Positions 49,400 through 59,538 of a stretch of 64,000 nucleotides of DNA are shown here, in pieces. Position 1 is the stretch's first letter, and every line of letters starts with the position of its first letter. Under the pieces are notes generated by a model that did not search any database, was not told where the DNA came from, and worked only from the letters and a program-made list of their open reading frames with translations. The position numbers and the translations under genes were made by a program. Source of the stretch: Deltaproteobacteria bacterium (GTDB taxonomy: Bacteria > Myxococcota_A > Polyangia > Fen-1088). Location: NCBI GenBank assembly GCA_033763315.1, contig JANRKS010000024.1, positions 96,001-160,000 of the forward strand, read 5' to 3'.

Positions 49400-50647
49400 C
49401 GCTTTCATTTCACAACGGCGCAAGGGATTCTCCAACCACACCACGTTGCGGCTCTCCTGACCGGCAAGCAGGACGTCAAGGTCGGTGTCGCCGTCCATGT
49501 CAACCAGGCGCAGATCGTAGGCGCTTTGAGCGGCGGCTAAATCGTGACAAGAAAAGCGCCCCTGGCCTTCGTTGCGAAACCATTTTGCAGTGGCCGATGT
49601 TGTCGTGGCGGTGACAACATCCACATCGCCATCACCGTCGATGTCGCCCAACGCCAATGCATGCGGCCCTTCCAAAGATTCGTCCAAGGAATGGGTTGTT
49701 GTGAACGCGGGACCTTCAAACCACAAAACGCCCTTCCCGTGGCCACGAGACGCAACCAGATCGGGGCTGCCGTCGCCGCTGATGTCCGCAATCAGAATGT
49801 TCGTTGCACCGGGGTGCAAGCCCGGCAAAAGGTGCTTCTTCCATGGCAGCGCTGGATCGCCGTTGCGTGACCAATATGCGAAGTAGCTACCCAGCTTCGC
49901 TCCGGTGGCTATCTCGGGCAATCCGTCAGCATCCAGATCGCCCACACCCAAGTAATGATTGAAACCCGGCGCGTCGCCCGCGGCCACCACCACACGCGGC
50001 CACAAACCGCTGCGGCGCGGGTTGCTGGGAACCTTGTAAAAGACCACTGAATCGGAGAGCGGCCCGTCGGGCTGGTTGCTGTTCGAAAAAAGTTCAACAC
50101 GGCCATCGGCATCAAGATCGGCCACGGTCAGACCGTGAATGCCATGCACGCCTCCGGCGGCCAAGGAATCGATCTCTCGATAGGCCCAAGGTTCATTTAA
50201 CGGATGTGCCGGGCGTTCAAGCCAAAACATCAACCCGGGCATATACTGGCCACCAACATAATCAGCGTCACCGTCGCCATCCACGTCGAAGCTTGCGCTG
50301 TGCATGGCGGTGGCACCTTGGTGCAACGGAATTTCGCGCCAGTCGGGGGCCACGTGCAAGAGCGTGCGCTTGCCGAATCGATCGGACGAGATGACGTCCA
50401 CAAGCTTATCCCCCGTGAAGTCAGCCGCGATGGCTGTCCAAGCGAACGTGTCCTTCGCGATAACGTGTTTCTTCCAAGGTGCCGTCGTTGATTCGTGCGT
50501 CAACCGCGGCGTGGCGATGTGGGGATTACCACCGCACGTGGTTGTAATCGGCAGCAATAAAAAGGGCGTCGCTGCACGCGAGCAACCCCGAAGGACGGTG
50601 TAGACGCGTGAACCGATCGCAGACCGAGCTCTTTTCATCGGAAACAA
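49358..50647 (-). CDS. FG-GAP/VCBS repeat beta-propeller protein
   Basis: About seven DxDGDGxxD-type repeats (DVDGDGDAD, DLDADG, DIDGDGDVD, DMDGDTDLD), WLEN; start uncertain. Confidence 0.88.
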   Translation of the reverse strand: MFPMKRARSAIGSRVYTVLRGCSRAATPFLLLPITTTCGGNPHIATPRLTHESTTAPWKKHVIAKDTFAWTAIAADFTGDKLVDVISSDRFGKRTLLHVAPDWREIPLHQGATAMHSASFDVDGDGDADYVGGQYMPGLMFWLERPAHPLNEPWAYREIDSLAAGGVHGIHGLTVADLDADGRVELFSNSNQPDGPLSDSVVFYKVPSNPRRSGLWPRVVVAAGDAPGFNHYLGVGDLDADGLPEIATGAKLGSYFAYWSRNGDPALPWKKHLLPGLHPGATNILIADISGDGSPDLVASRGHGKGVLWFEGPAFTTTHSLDESLEGPHALALGDIDGDGDVDVVTATTTSATAKWFRNEGQGRFSCHDLAAAQSAYDLRLVDMDGDTDLDVLLAGQESRNVVWLENPLRRCEMKALCGMGRRPAHARG

Positions 50648-50655
50648 TTACACGG

Positions 50656-51765
50656 CTATGGAAGCACCCAGCCGAACGTAAGATCGCCGAAGCCAGCACC
50701 GCCAACGCGAAGCATTTTTGCCAGGGTCGGGCCTACGAAAGCTTGGCCACCGCCTATGCCCACGGTGAGGCCGTTCCCCGAAGCCGCACCTCGATCCTCG
50801 GCGCTGCCGGGCACACCACCCATGGTGCTTAGAGTCCACGTCTTTGCGTCGGGTGAATGATCAAAGCGACCAGCCCGGAACAACACGAATTCGCCGTTGA
50901 TAAAGAAGGCGCCTCGATCACTGCCGGGCACACCACAGTCGGAAAAGGCCACGCCATCTGCGGTAACCTGACACGCCGAGCGGCTGGCCAACACAAACAC
51001 CCCATTGCCGAAGGCTGCCCCTCGCCATTCAGCGCCGCCGCCGCTGCGAGGCTGCGACCATTTCAAGCCGTCGCTGCTCACCGACGTCATGCCGTTGCCG
51101 CCGCTGTCGTGACCCACGGCCAGGAACAACCCGCCGCCCGCCGCCATCCTCCGAAAGTGGCCGCCTACAAAATCACCCACAGGCGTCCAGGTTTTGCCTC
51201 CATCGATAGATCGGGCGCGCGCGCCATTGCCGCCCGCCGCGACCCACACGCCGTGGTCGAAAGCCACGTCCCCAAGCCAACCTGTGTTGGGCTTCGGAAA
51301 CGTGAAGTTCACACCATCAGTGGTGCGCACCACGTAGCCGTTGCCGAAGGCGCCACCCACTCCTATGAAAACGCCGTTTCCATAACCTACGCCACGCACG
51401 AGGTCGGCAGCCTCTCCGCCATTGCCGCTGCCAAATGAACGCCACGACTTACCGTCGCTGCTCACGCCATAACGGGCGTTGCTCCCTCCCCCGAAGAACA
51501 GCGGCTTGGCACCACTGACGGGCGGCTCATCGTTATCGAGACGCGTTGCCAAGTCTGCTCTCGACGAATCCAACTCACCTGCGTCGACGGGCGACGGCGA
51601 AGGGACGTCGCCTTTAGAGCCACCCTGGGGCTCTGGTTCCTCGGCCTGGCCGCCAACGCCCTGTTCGCCGCCAGCGTTCATCTCTTCGTCGGGCGAGACG
51701 GCACCGGTCTGGGCTTGGCCACAGCCAACCCCCACAACAAGCGAAAACAGCCACGCGAACTTCAT
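50656..51765 (-). CDS. Lipoprotein with BNR/Asp-box repeats
   Basis: SD GGAGG, lipobox GVGC, repeated SxDGxxW and YGNG/FGNG.F..VG units. Confidence 0.85.
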   Translation of the reverse strand: MKFAWLFSLVVGVGCGQAQTGAVSPDEEMNAGGEQGVGGQAEEPEPQGGSKGDVPSPSPVDAGELDSSRADLATRLDNDEPPVSGAKPLFFGGGSNARYGVSSDGKSWRSFGSGNGGEAADLVRGVGYGNGVFIGVGGAFGNGYVVRTTDGVNFTFPKPNTGWLGDVAFDHGVWVAAGGNGARARSIDGGKTWTPVGDFVGGHFRRMAAGGGLFLAVGHDSGGNGMTSVSSDGLKWSQPRSGGGAEWRGAAFGNGVFVLASRSACQVTADGVAFSDCGVPGSDRGAFFINGEFVLFRAGRFDHSPDAKTWTLSTMGGVPGSAEDRGAASGNGLTVGIGGGQAFVGPTLAKMLRVGGAGFGDLTFGWVLP

Positions 51766-51961
51766 GGTGACCCTCCGAGGCTGGGGTGAATTCTAGGGCA
51801 AGGCGCGCAGGTCAACAGTCGTTGAACGACGTAGTGGCTTCGATGGTTCGCGGGGCGCTGCCCCGTGCCCTTCACCAAACCGCGCGTCGCATCATAAAAT
51901 ACCGGGGAGACGAGCCCCTTACCCTGCCCGTCCTTGACTCCACCCGCTTTTCATTCACCCT

Positions 51962-51983
51962 TATATCCGGATTGACGGATATA
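51962..51983. promoter_or_regulatory. Putative SahR operator
   Basis: Perfect inverted repeat TATATCCG-GATTGA-CGGATATA covering the probable TTG start; TTGACT -35-like hexamer at 51934. Confidence 0.75.
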
Positions 51984-52925
51984 TCGACCACCCGTGTGCT
52001 TGAATGGATGGCCGAGCTTGGCGATCTCACGCGGGTGCGCATGCTGGCCGCGTGCGACCAACACGAGCTCAGCGTGGCGGAGCTGTGTGCGGTGCTGCAG
52101 ATCCCCCAATCCACGGCGAGCCGCCACTTGAAGGTGTTGTCGGAAAGCCAGTGGCTCACCGCCCGCCGCGACGGCACCAGCCGGTTTTACCAAGTGGATA
52201 AAGAGGGCTTGGCTGCCCCCGCCCGCCGCTTGTGGAAATTGATCCAACAGCAAAGCGCCGAGGACGGCACCTTGCGTGGCGATGAGGCGCGGCTTGAGCG
52301 CGTGTTGCTTGAACGCCAAAGCCGCAGCGAGGCCTTCTTTGCTTCAAGCGCTGGTCAATGGGACAAGCTGCGCGGCGAGCTGTTCGGTGATCATTTCGAT
52401 CTCTCTGGGTTTCTCGCGCTTTTGGATCCCGGCGCTGCGGTGGGTGATCTGGGCTGTGGCACAGGCAAAACCGCCGAGATGATGGCTCCGTTTGCCAACA
52501 AGGTGGTGGCCGTCGATTCTTCCGCCGCAATGATCAAGGCCGCGCGCCAGCGGTTGCGCCAACACAACAACGTCGAGCTGCATCGGGCACACATTGAGGA
52601 TCTTCCGCTTGAAGATGCCATGCTCGACGTGGCGTTTGTGAATTTGGTGCTTCATCACATCAGCGATCCGCCGCGCGCCTTGCGTGAAGTGGCGCGTGTG
52701 TTGAAGCCGCAGGGGCGATTGGTGGTGCTGGACATGCAGCAACACGAACGCAACGAGTACCGCCAACAAATGGGGCACGTGTGGCTTGGGTTTACGCGTG
52801 AACAGATCGAAGCGTGGTGCAAAGGCGCCGCGCTTGACCTCGTTCATTTCGTGAAGTTTCCACCAAACCCGGACGCCAAGGGGCCTGCGTTGTTCGCGGC
52901 CACCGGGCAAAAACAGTTTTCATAA
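51972..52925 (+). CDS. sahR: ArsR-HTH / SAM-methyltransferase-fold regulator (SahR/SamR family)
   Basis: ELSVAELCAVL..PQSTASRHLKVL HTH; FFASSAGQWDKLR; DLGCGTG; LVLHH; directly upstream of ahcY. Confidence 0.88.
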   Translation: MTDISTTRVLEWMAELGDLTRVRMLAACDQHELSVAELCAVLQIPQSTASRHLKVLSESQWLTARRDGTSRFYQVDKEGLAAPARRLWKLIQQQSAEDGTLRGDEARLERVLLERQSRSEAFFASSAGQWDKLRGELFGDHFDLSGFLALLDPGAAVGDLGCGTGKTAEMMAPFANKVVAVDSSAAMIKAARQRLRQHNNVELHRAHIEDLPLEDAMLDVAFVNLVLHHISDPPRALREVARVLKPQGRLVVLDMQQHERNEYRQQMGHVWLGFTREQIEAWCKGAALDLVHFVKFPPNPDAKGPALFAATGQKQFS

Positions 52926-52955
52926 GCATCGAAGAAAAGAACAAAGGAAGACACC

Positions 52956-54398
52956 ATGGGACGACCTGCATACAAAGTTGCTGACATTTCTTTGCACGAG
53001 CTTGGCCGCAAAGAGTTGCGCTTGGCTGAGCAAGAGATGCCTGGCTTGATGGCTCTGCGCGAGCAATACGGCAAAACAAAGCCGCTCAAGGGCATGAAGA
53101 TCGCTGGCTCGTTGCACATGACCGTGCAAACGGCCGTGTTGATCGAAACGTTGGTTGAACTTGGCGCTGACGTGCGCTGGGCTTCATGCAACATCTTCAG
53201 CACACAAGATTCCGCCGCCGCCGCGGTTGTTGTGGGCCCCACGGGCACCCCCACGGCGCCGAAAGGCGTGCCCGTGTTCGCTTGGAAGGGCGAAACGTTG
53301 GAAGAGTACTGGTGGTGCACGAATGAGATGCTCACGTGGCCCGATGGCAGCGGCCCCGAGCAGATCGTGGACGACGGTGGCGACGCCACGTTGTTGTTGG
53401 TCAAGGGCGCTGAGTTCGAACGCGCCGGCAAGATCCCCGACTTCGACGCCGCCAATGAGCCCGAGGAATGGGGCGAGATCCTGAAGCTGTTGCGCCAAAC
53501 CTTTGCGGAGAACCCCAAGAAGTGGAGCACCTTCGCTGAGTTCTGCCGCGGCGTCAGCGAAGAGACGACCACGGGTGTTCACCGCCTTTACGAAATGCAA
53601 AAGGCCGGCAAGTTGCCGTTCCCTGCAATCAACGTCAACGACTGCGTTACCAAGAGCAAGTTCGACAACCTCTATGGTTGCCGCCACTCGTTGATTGACG
53701 GCATCAACCGCGCCTCGGACGTCATGATGGCCGGCAAAGTGGCTGTGGTGTTCGGTTACGGCGACGTGGGCAAAGGCTGTGCACAATCGCTGCGTGGCCA
53801 AGGCTGCCGCGTGATTGTGACCGAGATCGATCCCATCTGCGCGCTGCAGGCCGTGATGGAAGGCTACCAAGTGCTGCGTCTTGAGGACGTGGTGTCTACC
53901 GCCGACATCTTCATCACCGCCACGGGCAACCAAAATATCATCACGCCCGCTGACATGGCGAAGATGAAAGACAAGGCGATCGTGGGCAACATCGGCCACT
54001 TCGATAACGAAATCGATATGGCAGGTTTGGCCAAGGTGCCTGGCATCGAGCGCATCAAGATCAAGCCACAATACGACGAGTGGAAGTTCCCCGATGGCCA
54101 CAGCGTGTTGGTGTTGGCCGAAGGCCGCTTGTTGAACCTGGGCTGCGCCACAGGCCACCCAAGCTTCGTGATGAGCACCTCGTTCACCAACCAAGTGTTG
54201 GCGCAGATCGAGTTGAAGCAAAAGCGCAGCGAGTACAAGAACCAGGTCTACGTGCTTCCAAAGAAGCTTGACGAAATGGTGGCACGTTTGCACTTGGGCA
54301 AGTTGGGCGTCCGCCTCACCGAGCTCTCGAAGGTGCAGGCCGATTACATCGGCGTGCCCGTGGAAGGCCCTTACAAGCCTGATCACTACCGCTACTAA
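52956..54398 (+). CDS. ahcY: Adenosylhomocysteinase
   Basis: [74 protein letters not shown]. Confidence 0.98.
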   Translation: MGRPAYKVADISLHELGRKELRLAEQEMPGLMALREQYGKTKPLKGMKIAGSLHMTVQTAVLIETLVELGADVRWASCNIFSTQDSAAAAVVVGPTGTPTAPKGVPVFAWKGETLEEYWWCTNEMLTWPDGSGPEQIVDDGGDATLLLVKGAEFERAGKIPDFDAANEPEEWGEILKLLRQTFAENPKKWSTFAEFCRGVSEETTTGVHRLYEMQKAGKLPFPAINVNDCVTKSKFDNLYGCRHSLIDGINRASDVMMAGKVAVVFGYGDVGKGCAQSLRGQGCRVIVTEIDPICALQAVMEGYQVLRLEDVVSTADIFITATGNQNIITPADMAKMKDKAIVGNIGHFDNEIDMAGLAKVPGIERIKIKPQYDEWKFPDGHSVLVLAEGRLLNLGCATGHPSFVMSTSFTNQVLAQIELKQKRSEYKNQVYVLPKKLDEMVARLHLGKLGVRLTELSKVQADYIGVPVEGPYKPDHYRY

Positions 54399-54420
54399 GC
54401 AAATCGATCGTTTAGCTCAG

Positions 54421-54458
54421 GCGCCTCTTTCCTCACGGGAAGGGGCGCTTTCGTTTTT
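54421..54458 (+). terminator. Intrinsic terminator after ahcY
   Basis: GCGCCTCTTTCC-TCAC-GGGAAGGGGCGC followed by TTTCGTTTTT. Confidence 0.8.
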
Positions 54459-54485
54459 GTCAGACGTGGGACACGCGTCGCCGGC

Positions 54486-55883
54486 TTACTTACCGCCTGC
54501 GGCGATGATGCTCATCGAATCGTTAAATGAGGCATCGCAGATGCTGCGCGTAATTCCACCGAAAGCGTCGGCGAACGCACGCAGGCGCAACGCAGGCGTA
54601 GCTGTGCCGTTGAGCGCGGTGCACACCGGCTCGGCGTCCAATAGGTCCGCCTGCGGCGCGCTTACAAAGGCGTATTCTGGGGGCGACTGGCCTGCCGTTA
54701 CCACGCCCCCCAACACCATCACTTCAATGGCGCCAAGAGGTTTGCGTGACCGGACGTTCGCCACCAACTCGTCGATTGGCAGTAGACCGCGAGGCGAAGG
54801 ATTCGCCACGCAGTTGGCAAGCGGCGCTGAGAACGTGCTCAACGGCGGTTTGGCTCCGTTGCAAAGATGCCCTTCGATCGAACAGCGTAACGATCCACCG
54901 GTGCCCGGATACTCATCGGAAGCAAAAAGCGGGGAATCAGGCGGTCCCGAGCAATCATCCTCATCCGTCAACAGAACGAGCGTGAGGCGCGCGTCGTTAC
55001 GAACAAAGCCCGCGTTGTTAGGCGTTAAAACGGGATCGAGCGCAAGCCGAATCGATTGCAGCTGGTGCTCGAAGCCGCACCCCTGAGTTCCAAACTGTGC
55101 CAAACAGCCGATGACCTGCGAGAGCTCGCCGGTGAAATTCTTCTCCAACCCTTGCTGGCTGTAGCTCACAAATTTGCCGGTCTCGAGGCCACAACCTGCA
55201 AGCACCTGGAGCTCGCCGCGATCACCTCCTGGCCGGTTGCACGCTGGGCTCCCCGCGATGAAGGTGGCGCCGGCTCCCACATCCGATGTTATAAAACCAA
55301 CGTGAAGATCCAAGCTGGCACCAAAGCGCGTTTGCAATCCCGTGATGAAGGTGGGCATCGCGGCGCGAAGAAGGTTTTGCTCCTCTCGCATAGAGCCGGA
55401 GTTATCAATCATAAACAGCACGTCGACCTTGTTGGGCGAAAGCGGCGTCTGTGGCGATGGATCTGCATCAGCGCTTGATGAATCTTTTAGCGACGCGCCC
55501 GCGTCCAACGCCGGACGGCGTATGCAGCTGCCTGCTTCGCAGGCATAGTTGGCGCCAAGTGTAAGGCACGCAGATGAATCCTTGCACGGCACGTTGCAAA
55601 TGCCTTGCGTTGCCGCTTTGGTGCCGCAGATACCGTCAACGTTGACGCCGCAGGTGGCTCCCGGGCTTAAACCACTGCACATTTGTGCCGACTCACACGG
55701 CAAGGTGCAGACACCGCACAGGCATTGCAGGCCATCGCCACATGAAGTGGCGCATGTCTCGAGGAAGTGCGACTCGCCATCGCTTCGCGGTGAATCCTCT
55801 TTGTGACACGCTCCCAATAGCCATGAAGCGACCGCACAACCGAAGGCTGCAAACACTAGAATGTTCTTGGCATGCTTATTCAT
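54486..55883 (-). CDS. Cys-rich lipoprotein with vWA-like domain
   Basis: Lipobox LGAC; Cys-rich module (C...CGDGLQCLCGVCTLPC); VDVLFMIDNSGSM MIDAS motif; GCGFEHQL; LTDEDDCS. Confidence 0.88.
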   Translation of the reverse strand: MNKHAKNILVFAAFGCAVASWLLGACHKEDSPRSDGESHFLETCATSCGDGLQCLCGVCTLPCESAQMCSGLSPGATCGVNVDGICGTKAATQGICNVPCKDSSACLTLGANYACEAGSCIRRPALDAGASLKDSSSADADPSPQTPLSPNKVDVLFMIDNSGSMREEQNLLRAAMPTFITGLQTRFGASLDLHVGFITSDVGAGATFIAGSPACNRPGGDRGELQVLAGCGLETGKFVSYSQQGLEKNFTGELSQVIGCLAQFGTQGCGFEHQLQSIRLALDPVLTPNNAGFVRNDARLTLVLLTDEDDCSGPPDSPLFASDEYPGTGGSLRCSIEGHLCNGAKPPLSTFSAPLANCVANPSPRGLLPIDELVANVRSRKPLGAIEVMVLGGVVTAGQSPPEYAFVSAPQADLLDAEPVCTALNGTATPALRLRAFADAFGGITRSICDASFNDSMSIIAAGGK

Positions 55884-56874
55884 CTGTTTTCTCCTCGGAA
55901 AGCTCGGTCACACATTGCCCGGCGTAAACTGTGACTTTCATGCGCTCCTGTGGCACGGGGGCCTGCTTGTTGTAGGCCTGCACCTTCGCACGCAGGTTTG
56001 AATGGCGGGCGCGAAAGTCTTCCAGCGTTTGTAGAACTTCGGCTTCATAGGGATGGCCGGGCCAAACGTTGAACGCGTAGGTGCTTCCGCCCACCCGGTC
56101 GCGCAAGTGGCTTACGGCCCCTTGTTCAAGCTTCGTGCAAATGGTTTGCACCACTGAGTGGAAGTGATCGTAGACCGACGCCTCCCAACCCTGCGCAGCC
56201 CCCGCGGGCACCACAAATGACGCCGCGGTAAAATGCGCGGGCTCATCCGCTTTCGCTGGCAAACGGCTCACGCGCCCATCCGCTTGCAGGCGGGCCAGCA
56301 CACCATCGAGCTGCTTCGCCACGCCCGGAAAGTTTTCGATGAGCGCAGGCTCGCTGATGGGCCCCTCGCGAAACACGAGGGCCCACACCAACTCATCAAG
56401 GCCACCATCCACCGTCGGCACAGCGTCGGCGGCGACGGCGGCTTCAGCCAAGCGATAGCGCGTGGCCACGCCCTGTCCCGTCTTGAACACCAAACCCGTT
56501 TCGCAAAGATCGGCCAACACGCCCCGGATGACCGTCGGGTCGTCGGCGCGAAATTTGTCGAGGATCTCGCCCTGAGGGATCTCACGATCATGGGGGATGG
56601 CAGAATAGACAGCCTCCCAGAGCGATCGGCCCCGAAAGGTGCAGCTTTCCTCCAGCCGGCGCAACTTCCGTTGGTAGCTACGCAAGGCAAGGCCGAACAT
56701 GTCCGCGCTGACCTTACGGCTCACGCCCTGCGCTTCGAGTTCCTTGGCCAACTCTAAAAACACCTGGTTCGCGAGGTGCGCCAACGGCGCACGCACACCG
56801 CCACGTGTCGCAAGCTGCGCGATCAAGACGGTTGTCTGGCGGACGATGGCGTCGATCAGCAATTGAACATTCAA
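55876..56874 (-). CDS. Uncharacterised HTH / winged-helix putative transcriptional regulator
   Basis: GVSRKVSADMFGLALRSYQRKLRR HTH-like segment, two wHTH-like units (VLADLCETGLVFK; VLARLQADGRV); SD GAGGT before TTG; 8-nt overlap with the lipoprotein gene. Confidence 0.75.
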   Translation of the reverse strand: MNVQLLIDAIVRQTTVLIAQLATRGGVRAPLAHLANQVFLELAKELEAQGVSRKVSADMFGLALRSYQRKLRRLEESCTFRGRSLWEAVYSAIPHDREIPQGEILDKFRADDPTVIRGVLADLCETGLVFKTGQGVATRYRLAEAAVAADAVPTVDGGLDELVWALVFREGPISEPALIENFPGVAKQLDGVLARLQADGRVSRLPAKADEPAHFTAASFVVPAGAAQGWEASVYDHFHSVVQTICTKLEQGAVSHLRDRVGGSTYAFNVWPGHPYEAEVLQTLEDFRARHSNLRAKVQAYNKQAPVPQERMKVTVYAGQCVTELSEEKTDE

Positions 56875-56884
56875 GGCATCACCT

Positions 56885-56918
56885 CAATCTTGCCGCGACG
56901 GCGGCTCAAGGAAGATTG
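56885..56918. promoter_or_regulatory. Nested inverted repeat abutting the regulator's RBS
   Basis: CAATCTT-GCCGC-GACG-GCGGC-TCAAGG-AAGATTG. Confidence 0.5.
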
Positions 56919-57006
56919 CCCTTAGGCGCCGGGGCGCGAAAGCGACAAAAAGTCACCCCACACCTCCGGACGAGGTCCCCGCCCGGCAAAGAACAGCCAG
57001 CCGGTG

Positions 57007-59538
57007 TCAGGGCGACGATGGATCAAGCGTGAAGCTAAGTTCGGCCGCCGCAAACCCGTCCAGCCATTGAACCTCAACCCAACCGGGCCCGCTGCCGCGC
57101 ACTGGCACCATTTTGCCGTTCAGAGTTGCGTGTGTGGCGCCCAAAGCAGGAACGCGGACGACCATGTCTCGCGACCGGGGCCTGAACTTTCCTTCGCAAG
57201 CCGAGACGGCCACCGAGATCTGACGCGAGCGGCGCACACTGCGAAATGATCGTGAGCAATACCCACCCTTGGCGTAAGCCATCGTTTCACCGTCGTCTTC
57301 GTAAAACGTGCGTGTCGACTCCACGTTCGATGGATACACGGTCACCTGCAGCGGCTGCCCAGGCAGTTGCCCCGTGTGCTGCACAACAGGATGCGAGAAC
57401 ACCACACCACCCGGGCGCACGTAAACCGGCAACGTGGAAAGGCTGACCGGCACACTGATAGTTTGCCCCACCGTTTGCGACAGCGCCGTTTCATCCCCGG
57501 CTTTGGCAGCGGCGGGCTTGGCGGCCGCAATCAAAGCACCCGTGGCAAACTCATACCAATCGCCAGGCGGCAAATACACTTCGCGATCCACCGCCACTTC
57601 TTTGAGCACCGGTGCCACCAGGATGTCTTGGCCCCACATGAATTCGTCATCGCGATCCCACGTGGCTGCATCTTCGGGAAATTCTAAAAACAACGGCCGC
57701 ATGGCGGGCACGCCCGTCGCGCTGGCCTTCTGCATTTCGTTGTAGATGGTGGGCAGCAAGCGGTACCGCAGCTCGATGATCTTGCGGTTCTCAATTTCGT
57801 TGACCACGCCATAAGACCACGGCTCTTGATCCAAGCTGCGGCGCGTGGTGTGCGCGCGCATGAATGGGAAAAACACGGCGGCCTGCGCCCAGCGCGTGAA
57901 CAGAGTGGGCGTGGGCGAATCCACAAAGCCACCCACGTCGTTGCCCACAAATGAAAAACCGGACAGGCCCATGCCCAACAACATGGGAATGCCACCTCGA
58001 AGATGCGCCCAGTCGCTTTGGTTGTCGCCCGTCCACACAGCGCTCCACTTTTGCCCGCCTGCAAAGCTGGCCCGGGTCAACACGAACGGTCGCTGGTTTG
58101 GCTTGGCGGCGCGAATGCCGTCGAACGTTGCGCGCGACATCTGCTGGCCATACACGTTGTGCACTTCACGGTGATCGCTGGGTTGGCCGTCGTTGTCGTG
58201 GCGCACGTCAAACGGCATCGTGCCATTGGGCTGATCGCCCACGGCCGGTTCGTTCATGTCATTCCAAATGCCTGCCACGCCCATGTCGAGAAAGGGTTTG
58301 TATAGGCCCGCCCACCACTGCCTTGCGCTCGGCTTTGTGAAGTCTGGATACACGCTTCGGCGTGGTGGTGTGGCGCGCATCGGCCACACAGCGCCCGTGA
58401 ACAAGGAGCCATCGGCGCTGCGAATGAAGTGCCCACCTGATGCCCCTTGATCGAAAACGGAATAGCCCTTTTGCTCAGGCGGGTGGGGATCCACGATCGT
58501 GATCACGCGAAACCCTTGCTGCCCCAATTCCTTCAGCATGCGCGGCGGATCCGGAAAGCGGGTTTTGTCCCACGTGAATGGCTTAAAGCCATCTTGATAG
58601 TCGATGTCCAACCACAGCACGTCGGCCGGGATCTTTTTTTCGCGAAAGCTGTTGGCCACCAAGCGAAGGCGCGACTCAGGCCAATAGCCCCAGCGTGACT
58701 GATGAAAACCAAGCGCCCATTGGGGCGGCAAGGTGATGCGCCCCGTAAGTTCGGTGTATCGGGCCACCACGTCCTTTGGATGCGGCCCCGCAATCACGTA
58801 ATAGTTGAGCTCACCCGCTTCGGCGCCGAACGACAGCAAGCGCTGCGATTCATGGCCCACGTCAAACGAGCTGCGGAAGGTATTGTCTAGAAACACACCG
58901 TGCGCGCGCGCTTTGCGCATCACCATGAAGAACGGCACGGATACATAAATGGGATCCGTATCGCTGTCATAGGCGAACGTATCGTTGTTCCACATCGTAT
59001 ATGTGGTGCCACCCAAGTTGCGGCCGCGCTTATCCAAACGGCCACCCTTTTCACCCAGACCATACACGTGCGCATCGTCTGGCAGTGTTTTCCACACGCG
59101 CGTGGTGGTGCCGGTGAACGCAATGCCGCGATCGGCGTCGTCTTCGTCAATGATTGTGCCGGTGGCGTCGCGAAACGTGAGCCGCAACGGCTTGTGGTTG
59201 ATCGTCACGCTGAGGCCGGGCACCTTCACCACAGACTGCGTTTCCCCCACTTGCACAACAGGCGCCTGCGCTTGCGGGCGCGGGGACGTCAACGCGTAGG
59301 AGTGATCGCGCCCCAACGAGGCACGCGGCGCGAACCGCACCCGCAACACCTGATCGTTTTCGGCGCCCACCCACAAGGTGCCCTGATCGCTGTGAAACAG
59401 CAGTCCCTTGGCCTGTGGCGTGGGTCGGGGCATGTCGCCCAACGAGGCCCATCCGGCCACAGCTTGACGGTCAGCGGCGAGGCCAGCGACCACGCAGCCA
59501 ACGACGAACACCAGCGAAAAAGACCTACGAAAACGCAT
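57007..59538 (-). CDS. Secreted glycoside hydrolase family 31 (alpha-glucosidase-like)
   Basis: YGLGEK, LDIDY, GIWNDMNEP nucleophile, WTGDN acid/base, DVGGF, PFMRAH, YEDDG. Confidence 0.95.
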   Translation of the reverse strand: MRFRRSFSLVFVVGCVVAGLAADRQAVAGWASLGDMPRPTPQAKGLLFHSDQGTLWVGAENDQVLRVRFAPRASLGRDHSYALTSPRPQAQAPVVQVGETQSVVKVPGLSVTINHKPLRLTFRDATGTIIDEDDADRGIAFTGTTTRVWKTLPDDAHVYGLGEKGGRLDKRGRNLGGTTYTMWNNDTFAYDSDTDPIYVSVPFFMVMRKARAHGVFLDNTFRSSFDVGHESQRLLSFGAEAGELNYYVIAGPHPKDVVARYTELTGRITLPPQWALGFHQSRWGYWPESRLRLVANSFREKKIPADVLWLDIDYQDGFKPFTWDKTRFPDPPRMLKELGQQGFRVITIVDPHPPEQKGYSVFDQGASGGHFIRSADGSLFTGAVWPMRATPPRRSVYPDFTKPSARQWWAGLYKPFLDMGVAGIWNDMNEPAVGDQPNGTMPFDVRHDNDGQPSDHREVHNVYGQQMSRATFDGIRAAKPNQRPFVLTRASFAGGQKWSAVWTGDNQSDWAHLRGGIPMLLGMGLSGFSFVGNDVGGFVDSPTPTLFTRWAQAAVFFPFMRAHTTRRSLDQEPWSYGVVNEIENRKIIELRYRLLPTIYNEMQKASATGVPAMRPLFLEFPEDAATWDRDDEFMWGQDILVAPVLKEVAVDREVYLPPGDWYEFATGALIAAAKPAAAKAGDETALSQTVGQTISVPVSLSTLPVYVRPGGVVFSHPVVQHTGQLPGQPLQVTVYPSNVESTRTFYEDDGETMAYAKGGYCSRSFRSVRRSRQISVAVSACEGKFRPRSRDMVVRVPALGATHATLNGKMVPVRGSGPGWVEVQWLDGFAAAELSFTLDPSSP

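Noticed and set aside
51845-51930. Possible SAH riboswitch upstream of sahR-ahcY (GGGGCGCTGC)
   Set aside because: Downstream CCAGGCTC and pseudoknot elements not found; it lies upstream of the likely promoter, and regulation is explained by the SahR operator.
53184-54386. 400-aa antisense ORF opposite ahcY
   Set aside because: Codon-register mirror of a strongly biased high-GC gene; no recognisable motifs.
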